Below, piece by piece: positions 63,438 through 64,000 of a stretch of DNA of 64,000 nt. The notes beneath the pieces are model-generated. The model searched no databases. It had not been told where the DNA came from and saw only the letters and a list, made by a program, of their open reading frames with translations. Each line of letters begins with the position of its first letter. Position 1 is the first letter of the stretch. This DNA comes from Mustelus asterias (lineage: Eukaryota). The stretch lies in the NCBI RefSeq assembly GCF_964213995.1, contig NC_135804.1, forward strand, positions 68,200,001 to 68,264,000, written 5' to 3'. Position numbers and translations under genes: made by a program.

Positions 63438-63740
63438 TTATGGATTTTTCCAAAAAGTAATCTGTGTCGCTATTATGGCTAGAAAACGATTCATAAGACA
63501 AAGCAATACCAATTTCTGCATTTGTCTGCTCATGCACATTGTCATGTAAAATTTTGGCGACAGAATCACAATGAAGTTGTATTGGCTCACATGAGTTTTG
63601 ACACATTGATCCCTATATTTAGAAATGTTAGATGATGTTTCCTCTCGTCGTAGATGGTCTCTGCCGTTAGCTTTTAGATTATTCTCTGGTAACTGAACAT
63701 ATCCTGATCTCTGGTTCTTCAATTTAGCCGTTTCTTTTTC
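63438..63740 (-). other. Candidate cytoplasmic exon with an ITIM-like SGYVQL motif
   Basis: Good acceptor ttgttcgtctcttgcag|G. Phase 0 reads EKETAKLKNQRSGYVQLPENN..., a hydrophilic start. No upstream exon was identified in the window. Confidence 0.3.
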
Positions 63741-64000
63741 CTGCAAGAGACGAACAATTCTAATGCGGCATATGTGAGATCGGTGTCTACTGTGGCGTGT
63801 TTTATCTACAAAGCAAGTGGTGGGAAATCCAATTAGCCCGTTTGCGTCTTCTATTCTCTTGCTAATCAAAGAGTCAATTACAATTCAGAATGTTGACATG
63901 TAAAGCGAAATTTCTCCTGCCCCAATGATGAGCGTTTTATTATTGTTTCTTCTCTACTTACATGGGCATACACTGTCACATCCTCTTGGCACTTTAGTCC

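Overview
This is eukaryotic genomic DNA, most likely from a cartilaginous fish (shark). The inference rests on HE1-type tRNA-derived SINEs, CR1/HER1-like LINEs and Penelope elements. Much of the window is transposon debris: CR1, Rex/Babar, RTE and L2 LINEs, Penelope, a Gmr1-type LTR retrotransposon with INT-RT-RNaseH order, and Harbinger and hAT DNA elements. The only clearly intact host coding sequence is a minus-strand Ig-superfamily gene. It has a leader exon (10124-10067), a germline-joined V-J exon (9885-9565) and a C1-set exon (8028-7729), all joined by phase-1 GT-AG introns, with no RSS seen. Its C-terminus is unresolved: intron read-through and the nearest splice acceptor both give a soluble V-C1 protein, while a Lys-containing TM-like segment lies just downstream in another frame. 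Related pieces are scattered across the window: a clear V pseudogene paralog (51548-51828), weaker V/J relics (about 18.2 and 59.2 kb), and candidate orphan TM and ITIM exons. Together they suggest a birth-and-death cluster of non-rearranging antigen-receptor-like (SIRP/NKp30-like) genes. Other oddities are a ~450-bp-arm inverted duplication, a perfect 190-bp direct duplication, and a minimal hammerhead motif in a Penelope terminal repeat. Repeat boundaries were read by eye and are approximate.
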